Source: Candidatus Heimdallarchaeota archaeon
GTDB taxonomy: Archaea; Asgardarchaeota; Heimdallarchaeia; Heimdallarchaeales; Heimdallarchaeaceae
Length of the DNA stretch: 15,040 nt
Assembly: GCA_016839945.1 (NCBI GenBank)
Contig: JAEOTE010000071.1
Span: forward strand, 1-15,040
Direction: 5' to 3'
Part shown: in pieces, positions 1 to 8,882 of the stretch
How the letters are laid out: every line of letters starts with the position of its first letter
Position numbering within the stretch: position 1 is the first letter of the stretch
Program-made: the position numbers and the translations under genes
Notes under the pieces: generated by a model
What the model was told of the DNA's origin: nothing
The model's database searches: none
Seen by the model: the letters and a program-made list of their open reading frames with translations, nothing else

Positions 1-1327
1 GGTTTGCTAGTAATGCAATTCTGTCTTCCTTTGAAAGATCTAAACTCATAATATAATCAAAGGTTACAATCTCGTTAAATACTGAAGCTATTTCAGCAAC
101 AGGAAGAGCACTACCAATGTTAACAATGGTCTGAGTTTGTTGGATGTAAAAATGGTGGAAAGCGTGACCGAGTTCGTGTGCAAGAGTGAGAACAGAGTCA
201 ATGTTACCAGTGAAATTAACGAAAACGAAGGGGTATTCCTTCATTTTAGAGTACGAACAATAAGCGCCACCTTCTTTTCCTTTTCGTGGTGTAACGTCTA
301 TATGTTTTCTTTTCACTAATTCTTCTGTTATTTTCACCAGTTCAGGATTGAATTTCTGAACTGCTTCTTTTATGATTTCTATTGCTTCATCATAAGTGTA
401 TTTTAGTGATGCTTCTCCAACAGGAGCGTACATATCACTCATTCTTAATTCAGGTAAGTTGATTATCTTTTTCTTAATATTGTAATATCTTTCAACTAAA
501 GTGTTGTTTTTTGTTGTAACTTTTCCTAGCACTTCAACTGTTTGATCCTTTACTTCATTTCTTAGATTTCTTCTTGAAATTGGAGTTGGGTAATTTTTCT
601 TTTTAGTTTCCAATACCCAATCTTTTAGTACATTATTGTAAATATGGGTAAACACCAATTCATTTTCTTCATATTTAGAAAGATATAATCTAAGTGCTCT
701 ATATCTTACATCTTTATCTTTATGATACATGTAAGCAAATAATTCTGAACCTGTGAGTGTTTTCTTTTCTCCTTCCACTTCAAATTCATATGTGAAACTA
801 CTTGATAGTTCGCTACTTAGTTTATTGAAACCACTTGCTCCTGTAAGATCTTTAAGTTTGATAATTAATTCTTCTTTCTCTGAAAGTTGATGAGGTTTTT
901 CTTGTCGATTGAATTTCAAATGATGGTTATAATTTGATAATTCCTCTGAATTTAGAAGTTCTTCAAATTTCTCATCACTTATTTTGTTGAGATCAAGCTC
1001 AAAAAACATTGTTTGTTCTTCGATTTTGACCCTAAACTCTTGAACCTTTGCATGTAAAGCTTTGACCTTATCATCAAGGGATGTTGTTGAGTACATATAG
1101 TTTGAGAAAAGACCTAAATCTAACATTTTTTCCCATATTTTCTCGAATAACTCATACCATTCTATTAATTTAGATGGAGATAATGATTCATCAGCAATTT
1201 TTCCTTTAACATCTTTATTGAACTTAAGTGCTAATTCTTCAATTTCTTTCATATCTTTCTCTATTTTGGGATCATCTACATCTTTGTAGAAGAGGGAAAG
1301 ATCCCATTTAATTATCTCTTTGGACAT
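1..1327 (-). CDS. pepF: Oligoendopeptidase F (peptidase M3B), C-terminus truncated by the window edge
   Basis: Not in the ORF track; translated by hand from ATG at 1327: MSKEIIKWDLSLFYKD (typical WDLS N-terminus) ... HIDVTPRKGKEGGAYC ... VLTLAHELGHAFH (HExxH zinc motif at nt 164-178) ... LPVAEIASVFNE (third ligand Glu). The frame stays open to the window start. Confidence 0.93.
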   Translation of the reverse strand, partial: MSKEIIKWDLSLFYKDVDDPKIEKDMKEIEELALKFNKDVKGKIADESLSPSKLIEWYELFEKIWEKMLDLGLFSNYMYSTTSLDDKVKALHAKVQEFRVKIEEQTMFFELDLNKISDEKFEELLNSEELSNYNHHLKFNRQEKPHQLSEKEELIIKLKDLTGASGFNKLSSELSSSFTYEFEVEGEKKTLTGSELFAYMYHKDKDVRYRALRLYLSKYEENELVFTHIYNNVLKDWVLETKKKNYPTPISRRNLRNEVKDQTVEVLGKVTTKNNTLVERYYNIKKKIINLPELRMSDMYAPVGEASLKYTYDEAIEIIKEAVQKFNPELVKITEELVKRKHIDVTPRKGKEGGAYCSYSKMKEYPFVFVNFTGNIDSVLTLAHELGHAFHHFYIQQTQTIVNIGSALPVAEIASVFNEIVTFDYIMSLDLSKEDRIALLAN

Positions 1328-1434
1328 AAGCAACCTTTAATCAAAATATATATGAACTTTACTAGTTAGCTATAAATTTAGAATAAAACAAACTGACATC
1401 AAAGTACGTTCCTCATGTTTTTAAAATTTAAAGT

Positions 1435-1442
1435 AAAAAAAA
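1435..1442 (-). terminator. Putative archaeal oligo-T terminator after the 1449..2426 gene
   Basis: Run of 8 A on the plus strand (T8 on minus), 6 nt past the stop codon. Weak evidence in AT-rich DNA. Confidence 0.3.
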
Positions 1443-1448
1443 GAAGGA

Positions 1449-2426
1449 TTATGTTGTTGGTTGAGGTTCTTCTGTGACTAAAGTAGCTGGCTCTGGTTTC
1501 TTAGGTTTCTTCTTAAACAATTTCCATTTCACTGCTACGAAGTAGAGTATTACTATAGAGGTTATAATTCCTATAAGACTTCCAACAAACATCAACTTAA
1601 TACTTGCCCCTTGCATTCTTCCAAAATTTATGAAAAAGAATCCAAATATCAGTAGTTCTAATGCATAAATTGTCACAGCTGCTGATAGTAGAATTGATTC
1701 CGATTTAGCAGCTTTTCTAAATACTCCTTTTTCTTGTAAAAATGGTAATGTCCAGTAAATTGCTAAAATAAACCAAATTAATCCTCCAAAAATCCAATCA
1801 GGAAATGTAGGTAAGAATGATTTGGATACTATATTGTTGTTACTTACTATAACAATGTTGTATATGTAATTTAGTGGTGAATTCTTTATAACTGTTGAGA
1901 AGATTCTGAAATTAGTTATTGTTACTCCTAGAAAGTAAACAAAAGATCCAATTCCTTTAAGTAATGAACTTCTTTCTACTGTGATTTTACTCTTCTTCTC
2001 TAGTAGTGTACTTAACCATAGAATAACACCAAAGAATATTGTTGCTATTGAGGAAAACTCGAATATCTGATTATTCATGCATCCTAAAGCAAAAAGAGTA
2101 ATTCCAACCATTGTTAAATATGCGCCAAATGTGTATATCATTTCTTTACCTAAGAGTTCTAGTGGTTTCTTAGTTAAAACTAGAAAGAGTATTATGAAAA
2201 CTAAACCCCCTAAGGAGAAGATATAAAACCAAGTCCATACAGCTGTATCTGCTAAAGCTACTGTTTCAAGGAAATAATACCTACCATTTGTTAAAGGATT
2301 TATGTTAGTATTATCAGAGATTAATCCTACTAGAAGACCTATTGTGTAAAAACCATAGAATAATGCTAAAAGTATTCTAGTTATGAGAAAAAGCATTTTT
2401 TCATCTATTTTTTTCATGAAAGACAT
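1449..2426 (-). CDS. Polytopic membrane protein of unknown function (about 9 hydrophobic segments)
   Basis: 325-aa ORF with repeated hydrophobic stretches of about 20 aa and a Lys/Pro-rich C-tail (KKKPKKPEP). GTGAT SD-like site precedes the ATG. No family motif recognised. Confidence 0.75.
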   Translation of the reverse strand: MSFMKKIDEKMLFLITRILLALFYGFYTIGLLVGLISDNTNINPLTNGRYYFLETVALADTAVWTWFYIFSLGGLVFIILFLVLTKKPLELLGKEMIYTFGAYLTMVGITLFALGCMNNQIFEFSSIATIFFGVILWLSTLLEKKSKITVERSSLLKGIGSFVYFLGVTITNFRIFSTVIKNSPLNYIYNIVIVSNNNIVSKSFLPTFPDWIFGGLIWFILAIYWTLPFLQEKGVFRKAAKSESILLSAAVTIYALELLIFGFFFINFGRMQGASIKLMFVGSLIGIITSIVILYFVAVKWKLFKKKPKKPEPATLVTEEPQPTT

Positions 2427-2545
2427 CTAATCACTGCTATAAAGGATAGAAATAGAAGATAAAAATTTTTTGAATGTCTTTTTAGATAGAAAATATCTCA
2501 AAATTTAAACTGAAAAACTTATAAATTTTAGAACTAATAACATCT

Positions 2546-3442
2546 TTGAACATGAAGAATCAAGATTTTTCAAAAAAATCTAAATACGGTTTTATTCTTT
2601 ATTTCTCCATTATAGGAATTATATTTTCATTTTTAGTTATCACTTTTCTAATATTCGTTATAAAATTAGAGACAACAACATACTGGAGATGGTGGGATAC
2701 TGTTGATTATTCTTGGGAGATGTTTTATGTTATAGCACCAATACTTCCCTTATTCTTTATTTATCCCTTCTTAAATGCAACAAGGCAGATTGTGAAACAA
2801 AAAGAAGATATCAGTTTAGAAATAAGCAAAATCCTCTTAATGATTTTTGGTGTTTTAATGATTATTGTTTTTTCTATTACTATTTTTGTTTTACCACTCT
2901 ATGAATTTAATGTTGGATCCCCTGATTTTCTTTTCCTTATTTCTCAATTCCTAATAGTGATAAGTTTTATTTCAACAATAGACATTGTTTCAAAGAATAA
3001 TTTACTAAAAAACTCTACTTTTAATTTTAAGCACATAATTGCATTAATTTTATTTATAATATTGTGTGCTTTTGGTTATGTTCTTCATGAGGAACTACTA
3101 GATCTTATTGCTCTCTTTATTATTATGATTGCTTTATGGTATTTATCACTAATTTTGTTTTTAATTGAATTGATTCTTTTGTTTAGAACTCTCAGATTTT
3201 CAATAAGAATAGAAAAACCAAGAATTTTGAGAAATCAAGGATTTCTTTCGATAATAGCTTTATATGTTTTGATAAGTATCTGTAATGGACTTTTTATCTA
3301 TTCAAATTACTTTACAAGAACAGATCCATATCTCGAATATCCTATAAGTAGTCTATATTTAATGGTTGGTTTTGGTTTAGTGTTATTTGTTTTCATATTG
3401 TACTTTTATTTTAGAAAAAAAGAAATTATAAAGGAAGTTTAA
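2546..3442 (+). CDS. Polytopic membrane protein of unknown function (about 8 hydrophobic segments); start TTG 2546 or ATG 2552
   Basis: 298-aa Ile/Phe/Leu-rich ORF with an aromatic loop YWRWWDTVDYSW after the first helix. BRE/TATA-like GAAAAA-CTTATAAA at 2512-2525. Confidence 0.72.
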   Translation: MNMKNQDFSKKSKYGFILYFSIIGIIFSFLVITFLIFVIKLETTTYWRWWDTVDYSWEMFYVIAPILPLFFIYPFLNATRQIVKQKEDISLEISKILLMIFGVLMIIVFSITIFVLPLYEFNVGSPDFLFLISQFLIVISFISTIDIVSKNNLLKNSTFNFKHIIALILFIILCAFGYVLHEELLDLIALFIIMIALWYLSLILFLIELILLFRTLRFSIRIEKPRILRNQGFLSIIALYVLISICNGLFIYSNYFTRTDPYLEYPISSLYLMVGFGLVLFVFILYFYFRKKEIIKEV

Positions 3443-3458
3443 GTAAGATTAATATCCT

Positions 3459-4814
3459 TTAGTTTGTTGCTGCAGTTATGTTAATATCTTCTATCAGAAT
3501 ATAAGGTATAAAAATAGGATAAGAGGGTGGTTCCCATTTCTTTATTTGCTTGTTCTCTTTACTCATAGCTTTGATATTTTTAAAGATGTTTGGCATTGTA
3601 TCGCTTATTCTTAACTCTCTAACAGGTTGAGAAATCTCTCCTTTTTCAACTAGAAACATTCCATCTCTAGGAATACTTGAAAAAATTCCATCTGTATAAC
3701 TTGTAAATCTTGTATACCAGGTATTTGTTATGAATAGAGTTGGTTTATCTTTTGTGATTTCCAATAATTCCTCAAAGGAATGTTCTCCTGGTTCAAAGAA
3801 AATATTTGAGTTTTCGGGTGCGACTAATCCAGCATTACCAGTACTTGTTGTACCTGCTTTTTTAGCAGTTGATGTATTATGTATAAATCCTTTTAGAACA
3901 CCATCTTCAACAATTAGACTCCTTCCTGTGGGATGTCCTTCATCATCAAAAATCTTTGAACCCAATCCATTTGGTAATAAAGCATCATCATATACAGATA
4001 TAAAGTCTGGACCTATTTTTTCTCCAATTTTATCTTTTAACCATGATTGTCCTATTTCAACACTAAATGGATTTGCAACTTCTGGTGTTGCTCCTACTAT
4101 ATTAGCTCCCACTTTTGGAGAGAAAATAACATTATACTTTCCTGGTTCTCCATTTACTCCACCTGTAGACATTTTTGCTATTTTTCCTGCTTCTTTACCT
4201 GCACCTTCAAAATCTAGTTTTGAAGATAGTCTTCCTACAGTTGAACCATATCCAGAACTCTTTTCGTCAACAAAAGATCTTATGTTGAAATCAAAAGCTG
4301 TTGAATTACTCTTTGCTTCTGCACCACGAGAAGAAAGAATATGAGTCTCTGTAACATCCCATACTAAAACACCAGCTGATCTCTTAGCTCCTTCGTTTTC
4401 TGCAGCTCTTATAGCTGTTTCTACTTTATCAATAGATTGATCGTGAAAATCAAGAAATTCTGGGTCAACTAAGAATTCTATATTTGGATAACTGAAAGGA
4501 CCATCAGAAATTCCATAATAATTCTGATTAGGAGGAAGAGCATTTGCTAATTTAAGAAGTGATTCTAGAGTAGAAGTAATTGTTTCCTTAGATATATCTT
4601 CAAAAAAAGTGGCAACAGTTTTAGAATCTTTTGCAGCATATATATCAACATTCATTGAAGCCCAATTTTTGGCAATCGTTATTTGACTATCAGAAAAACG
4701 AAGTTGTGATCTATTACTTCTTTCTGTGTTTATTATATAATCTTCAAAACCTAAATCAACTAATTTCTTTGAAGTTAAATCAAGTATACTCTGTACATCA
4801 GTTTTTTCTACCAT
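3459..4814 (-). CDS. pmbA: TldE/PmbA family protein (non-catalytic partner of TldD); probable start ATG 4814 (ORF track starts at GTG 4823)
   Basis: Motifs PGKYNVIFSP, FDDEGHPT, LIVEDGVLKGFIHN, STGNAG, FLVEKGEISQPV. No HExxxH. Directly downstream of tldD. GGTGA SD at 4820-4824 lies 5 nt before ATG 4814. Confidence 0.9.
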   Translation of the reverse strand: MVEKTDVQSILDLTSKKLVDLGFEDYIINTERSNRSQLRFSDSQITIAKNWASMNVDIYAAKDSKTVATFFEDISKETITSTLESLLKLANALPPNQNYYGISDGPFSYPNIEFLVDPEFLDFHDQSIDKVETAIRAAENEGAKRSAGVLVWDVTETHILSSRGAEAKSNSTAFDFNIRSFVDEKSSGYGSTVGRLSSKLDFEGAGKEAGKIAKMSTGGVNGEPGKYNVIFSPKVGANIVGATPEVANPFSVEIGQSWLKDKIGEKIGPDFISVYDDALLPNGLGSKIFDDEGHPTGRSLIVEDGVLKGFIHNTSTAKKAGTTSTGNAGLVAPENSNIFFEPGEHSFEELLEITKDKPTLFITNTWYTRFTSYTDGIFSSIPRDGMFLVEKGEISQPVRELRISDTMPNIFKNIKAMSKENKQIKKWEPPSYPIFIPYILIEDINITAATN

Positions 4815-4819
4815 TAATC

Positions 4820-6268
4820 TCACCTTACCTCCACATTACGAATCCTCATGAATGACCCACCATGATATACTGGCGCCCCTTGCATTGGATCTCCTTTCCC
4901 ACATGTTGCTGCATCAAATTCAAGTAAATCTTTCTTAGCAACAGCATCTACAGAACCCCATAATTTTGGAGTTGTTGTTTCAAGAACAGGTCTTCTAACC
5001 ATATGTTTAATTTCACCATTTTCTATAAGATATGCCTCTAGACCTACATACTTAGATTGATAGCGTCTATCATCTATATTCCACTCTGTGAAATCATTCA
5101 TAAAAACACCCAATTTAATGTCTTCAGTCAATTCTTCAAATGAGAAACTACCTGGTGCTAAATATGTATTAGCCATTCGAGGAATAGGTTCTCTATTGAA
5201 TCCAATAGCTCTAGCTGCAGCTGTACTTTGTGTTTCCATAAAAGCAGCACTTTCTCTATTATGCAACATCTCTTCAAAAATACCCTTTCGGTGGAGATAT
5301 CTTGGACCAGCTTTTATTCCTTCATCGTCATAAAGATAGAAACCATAAGAACCTTCTAATGTAGGATCATCAATAATCGTTACATGTTCAGATCCAATCC
5401 TCTCGCCAATCATTTCTTGATTGAGATAGCTTTCACCAGCTTGTGCACCTTCTCTTCCTAAAATTCGATCTGCTTCAGAAGGATGACCAGTATTCTCATG
5501 TGCGCAGATTCCAATAACATTTGGACCCACAACATAATCTATAGTCCCTTTTGGAGCTTCTTTTGATTCAGTAACAATCTTCCCCAAAGTTTTAGCTTTA
5601 TTTTCTATATAATCATTAATATTCCAGAAATCTAACGCCTCTAATCCACCAGCTTTACCTTTCTGAATAAATGTCTGTTCTTTTGAACCTGTATTAGGAT
5701 TAACTGCAACTATTAAACCAAATAACTGAAGTAAATCTATCTCACTCTCAATTCTTGCTCCTTCATTAGTTACAATTAATTTCTTTTGTGTTTGATCATT
5801 CATAAAGAAGTATCTAAATGGAATAACAGCTCCTGTCTGTAATTCAGAAACTATCTTGTCAATTGATAACAGTCTCTCCATTTTTTCTTCTGGATTTACT
5901 TCAAATGGTCTTTTGCCATTTACACCCTTTGACTCATATTTGGCTTCATGAACTTCTTCATCACTAAATTTTATTTTCTTTGTTCTCCTCTTCCCTGATA
6001 ATTCTGCCATTTTTGTAGCAAAGGCAACAGCTATTTTCATTTCTTCTTTTGTCATCTCATTGAAACTAGCAAAACCAACTCCTCCATCCTTAAGAACCCT
6101 GATCCCTATACCTCTACTTCTGTTTATCCCTCCCAGCTCTGGAACACCATTCTTAAGAATACTTACATTTCCTCCAAGTTTTTCATATCTTGCTTCAATA
6201 TATTTAGCTCCTAGTTTGCTCCCTTCATCTATTGCTTTTTCAACCAAATCATATGGATCTGAAGTCAT
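4820..6268 (-). CDS. tldD: TldD family metalloprotease; probable start ATG 6268 (ORF track starts at TTG 6274)
   Basis: GIGIRVL, metal motif AHENTGHPSEAD (HExxxH, nt 5483-5500), TIIDDPT, YDDEG, PIPRMANTY, and the C-terminal CGKG Cys ligand. TATA-like box at 6291-6298 lies 23-30 nt upstream of ATG 6268. Confidence 0.94.
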   Translation of the reverse strand: MTSDPYDLVEKAIDEGSKLGAKYIEARYEKLGGNVSILKNGVPELGGINRSRGIGIRVLKDGGVGFASFNEMTKEEMKIAVAFATKMAELSGKRRTKKIKFSDEEVHEAKYESKGVNGKRPFEVNPEEKMERLLSIDKIVSELQTGAVIPFRYFFMNDQTQKKLIVTNEGARIESEIDLLQLFGLIVAVNPNTGSKEQTFIQKGKAGGLEALDFWNINDYIENKAKTLGKIVTESKEAPKGTIDYVVGPNVIGICAHENTGHPSEADRILGREGAQAGESYLNQEMIGERIGSEHVTIIDDPTLEGSYGFYLYDDEGIKAGPRYLHRKGIFEEMLHNRESAAFMETQSTAAARAIGFNREPIPRMANTYLAPGSFSFEELTEDIKLGVFMNDFTEWNIDDRRYQSKYVGLEAYLIENGEIKHMVRRPVLETTTPKLWGSVDAVAKKDLLEFDAATCGKGDPMQGAPVYHGGSFMRIRNVEVR

Positions 6269-6329
6269 GAACAAAACTCAAACTAGAAATATTTAAAGAT
6301 ATTCAAAAATAGATTAAATAACAAAAATT

Positions 6330-7256
6330 TCACTTCTTTTGGTAGAGATTAGGAGGTTTAATTCTAACCTTTTCTAGATCAATATAATATTCTACAAATT
6401 CTTTTACTAGTGCTGCTACTTCAATTCCTTGAGCCATTGGAAGATCATGTTTTGCATCTGGTAGAATAATCAAACGAGAATTACGTAACAATCTTCTAAG
6501 TTTTTTTGCATCTTTTACTGATGTTAAATAATCCTTCTCACCTGTCATTATCAGAATTGGATTTTTGATTTCGCTTAATTCTATGTTTTTCTTCCATTCA
6601 AATACAGTATTTAATAATGCTTTTCTGCAAACAAAGTAAGGAGTCTTTTTGAGATGTTCTTTTTCTAATTCGAGAATTCTCTCATCTGTTTTTTTTGAGG
6701 TTACAAAAGAAGATGCAAACTCTATGAGTAAATTTTTGATTCTTTCATCCATTGAAGTTAATATCAAAGGTACAAATTTTGGAAACGGTTCTCTAAAATC
6801 AGTTGCACCTGAAAGAATGATTGCAGTTTTAATCTTATGTTGATTTTCTCGTAAATAATTTAGTACAATAGATGTCCCCATTGAATGACCAAGTAACACT
6901 ATGTTAGAATTATCATAATGATTAACAACTTGAGATAATTCATTTGTGAAGAGTTCTAAATCATAACTGTCTTCATCTATATCAGATTCTCCATGACCTT
7001 TGAGATCATATGCTACAACACGAAAATATGGATTTAGTAGCTTTAGAAGGAATCTGAAATTTAAGGCATTAGAACCCCACCCATGAACACAAATAATGGT
7101 ATAGTCATGGAGAGGATTCTCATCGATTTCTATAAGACTAATATTATACCAAAAATCCTCTCTTCGTATGCGAAGTTTTTTCCTCTTATCAACAAATGGA
7201 TCATACTCTAATATGATATCCATTTCTTGGTTTTTAGAGTATCGTACATCCATCAT
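6330..7256 (-). CDS. Alpha/beta fold hydrolase
   Basis: HGWG oxyanion motif, YDLKGHGES, nucleophile elbow GHSMG, acid in GEKDYL, His in AKHDL. Triad appears intact; substrate unknown. Confidence 0.9.
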   Translation of the reverse strand: MMDVRYSKNQEMDIILEYDPFVDKRKKLRIRREDFWYNISLIEIDENPLHDYTIICVHGWGSNALNFRFLLKLLNPYFRVVAYDLKGHGESDIDEDSYDLELFTNELSQVVNHYDNSNIVLLGHSMGTSIVLNYLRENQHKIKTAIILSGATDFREPFPKFVPLILTSMDERIKNLLIEFASSFVTSKKTDERILELEKEHLKKTPYFVCRKALLNTVFEWKKNIELSEIKNPILIMTGEKDYLTSVKDAKKLRRLLRNSRLIILPDAKHDLPMAQGIEVAALVKEFVEYYIDLEKVRIKPPNLYQKK

Positions 7257-7385
7257 TCCAGTTCAAAGTTAACTAGCTTTCAAACATTTATAAAACTAGC
7301 CAAATAAAGAGTTAGGAATATTTAAACGCTTTGTGTGGTGTTTTACACTTGTTATAAAAAATGTAAAAAAACAATTTTTAGTAAA

Positions 7386-7400
7386 CGCAAAATCTTATAT
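7386..7400 (+). promoter_or_regulatory. BRE/TATA for the ZIP transporter (probably leaderless mRNA)
   Basis: CGCAAAAT-CTTATAT, with the TATA-like element 23-29 nt upstream of ATG 7423. Confidence 0.5.
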
Positions 7401-7422
7401 TTTTTAATTAATTTTCTCTCTC

Positions 7423-8211
7423 ATGCTATCACCAGTAGTAATGGGATTCTTAGCGAGTCTATTTTCAGGAGGAGCAACAGCATTAGGAGCACTTCCTGTT
7501 CTGTTTATGAAGAAAAGACCTAAACATGAATTAGTAGATTTTCTACTCTCAATAGCTGCAGGAGTTATGATTGCGGCATCTGCGTTTTCTTTAATAATCC
7601 CTGCCTATGAAGAAGCAACACTTACATGGAATAATTGGGGTTTATGGTTAGTTGTTCTTGGGATCTCCTTAGGAGGATCACTAGTTTTCGCAACAGATAA
7701 ATTGTTAGAAAGATTCTCTCCAAAATACTTGACATATGGTGATTCAATTACTGCTGAGAAATCTCACCGAGGTGTATTAATTGCATCAGCTATAATTATT
7801 CATAATATTCCTGAAGGTTTAGCTGTTGGTGTAGCATTTTCAATTGCTGGAGGAGAAAAAATCGGTATCGTATTAGCAATCGCAATAGGATTACAAAACA
7901 TGCCTGAAGGTTTAGCAGTAGCCATTCCTTTTTTGGAAGGAGATATGTCAAGATGGAAAGTTTTTCTGATTGCACTAGGTTCAGGAATTGTTGAACCCAT
8001 AGCAGCTTTGATTGGTGGATTATTAGTTGGTGTTTTTCATTCTATAATACCTGTTGCACTTGCAATAGCTGCAGGTGCTATGATTTATATCGTAATGGTA
8101 GAATTAATACCTGAAACACTGTCTCATGGAAACAAGTATATTGCATCTTTAGGGATTTTCATTGGATTCCTAATCCTTATTATTATGCAATATTCCCCAA
8201 TTTTCGGATAA
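7423..8211 (+). CDS. ZIP family divalent metal (Zn/Fe/Mn) transporter, ZupT/GufA-like
   Basis: AAGVMIAAS, TM4 HNIPEGLAVG, TM5 LQNMPEGLAVA, SGIVEP, AAGAMIYIVMVELIPE. These are canonical ZIP signatures. Confidence 0.93.
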   Translation: MLSPVVMGFLASLFSGGATALGALPVLFMKKRPKHELVDFLLSIAAGVMIAASAFSLIIPAYEEATLTWNNWGLWLVVLGISLGGSLVFATDKLLERFSPKYLTYGDSITAEKSHRGVLIASAIIIHNIPEGLAVGVAFSIAGGEKIGIVLAIAIGLQNMPEGLAVAIPFLEGDMSRWKVFLIALGSGIVEPIAALIGGLLVGVFHSIIPVALAIAAGAMIYIVMVELIPETLSHGNKYIASLGIFIGFLILIIMQYSPIFG

Positions 8212-8778
8212 TTAGAATATATGAGGAATCCATTCTATTAAAGGTGTAATAAGTCTATCAAATAAATCGAACAAGAAATATCCACTTATACCAACTAAAC
8301 TCCCTAAGATTATTCCTCCAAAAATATCTACTAAATAATGTATTTCTAAAGCAATTCTAGCGAAACCAACACCTAATCCCCACAATAAGAAAAACCATCC
8401 TATTTTTGGATAAAACAAAGTCATCATCATTCCAAAACACATAGCTCTTCCAGTATGACCACTAGGAAAACTATATTCATCAAAGGGTGTTAGAAACTTC
8501 CCAGATATGTCATTTCTTGGTCTAGTTCTTTTTATAGAGATTTTTATCAATCCTGAAAACATGGCATTTATTCCTATCATGATAATTTGTAGAAGATTTT
8601 CTGATCTACTCATGAAAAGTTCAAAGATAAAAAATAATATTGAAGCCATTATCCATGGTTGAGCATTTCCTGATAGAGCTAAAAATTCTACAAACTTTAT
8701 TCTTTTGGAAGAAAAAGCTACAATTTTTTTAGTAGTTCTCTTATCCCAGTGAGAAAGTCTCTGTAGAATTTTAGCCAT
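8212..8778 (-). CDS. PAP2 family membrane (lipid phosphate) phosphatase
   Basis: C1 KISIKRTRP (Kx6RP), C2 SFPSGH, C3 ARIALEIHYLVD, plus hydrophobic helices. Confidence 0.92.
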   Translation of the reverse strand: MAKILQRLSHWDKRTTKKIVAFSSKRIKFVEFLALSGNAQPWIMASILFFIFELFMSRSENLLQIIMIGINAMFSGLIKISIKRTRPRNDISGKFLTPFDEYSFPSGHTGRAMCFGMMMTLFYPKIGWFFLLWGLGVGFARIALEIHYLVDIFGGIILGSLVGISGYFLFDLFDRLITPLIEWIPHIF

Positions 8779-8799
8779 AGGGTTTTGGCATAAATGTAA

Positions 8800-8860
8800 T
8801 TTATAAGATTTTTCATTTTGTCTGTGGTTTTTTAGAAGTTGAAAACATAAATCTTATAAT
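8800..8860. promoter_or_regulatory. Back-to-back divergent BRE/TATA promoters for the PAP2 (-) and ferritin-like (+) genes
   Basis: AAATCTTATAA occurs on minus at 8801-8811 and on plus at 8849-8859. Each TATA sits about 22-30 nt from its ATG (8778 and 8883). Confidence 0.6.
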
Positions 8861-8882
8861 AGGATTAAATCGTAATTGACCC

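Noticed and set aside
137-319. 60-aa plus-strand ORF
   Set aside because: Antisense to the conserved catalytic region of pepF.
2713-2904. 63-aa Cys/Tyr-rich alternate-frame ORF (possible RiPP-like peptide near TldDE)
   Set aside because: Nested off-frame in the membrane gene. The Cys/Tyr/Phe content follows from shifted T-rich codons; TTG start, no promoter.
3730-4344. Long 204-aa plus-strand ORF
   Set aside because: Antisense shadow of tldE. The Ser/Pro/Phe-rich composition is what the reverse complement of Glu/Gly/Lys codons gives, and it has no motifs.
4631-6843. Short plus-strand ORFs 4631-4855, 5088-5333, 6060-6296, 6649-6843
   Set aside because: All antisense to well-supported tldE, tldD or hydrolase genes.
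7335-8000. ORFs 7335-7523 (+) and 7800-8000 (-)
   Set aside because: They overlap the ZIP promoter/CDS off-frame or antisense, with no coding signal.
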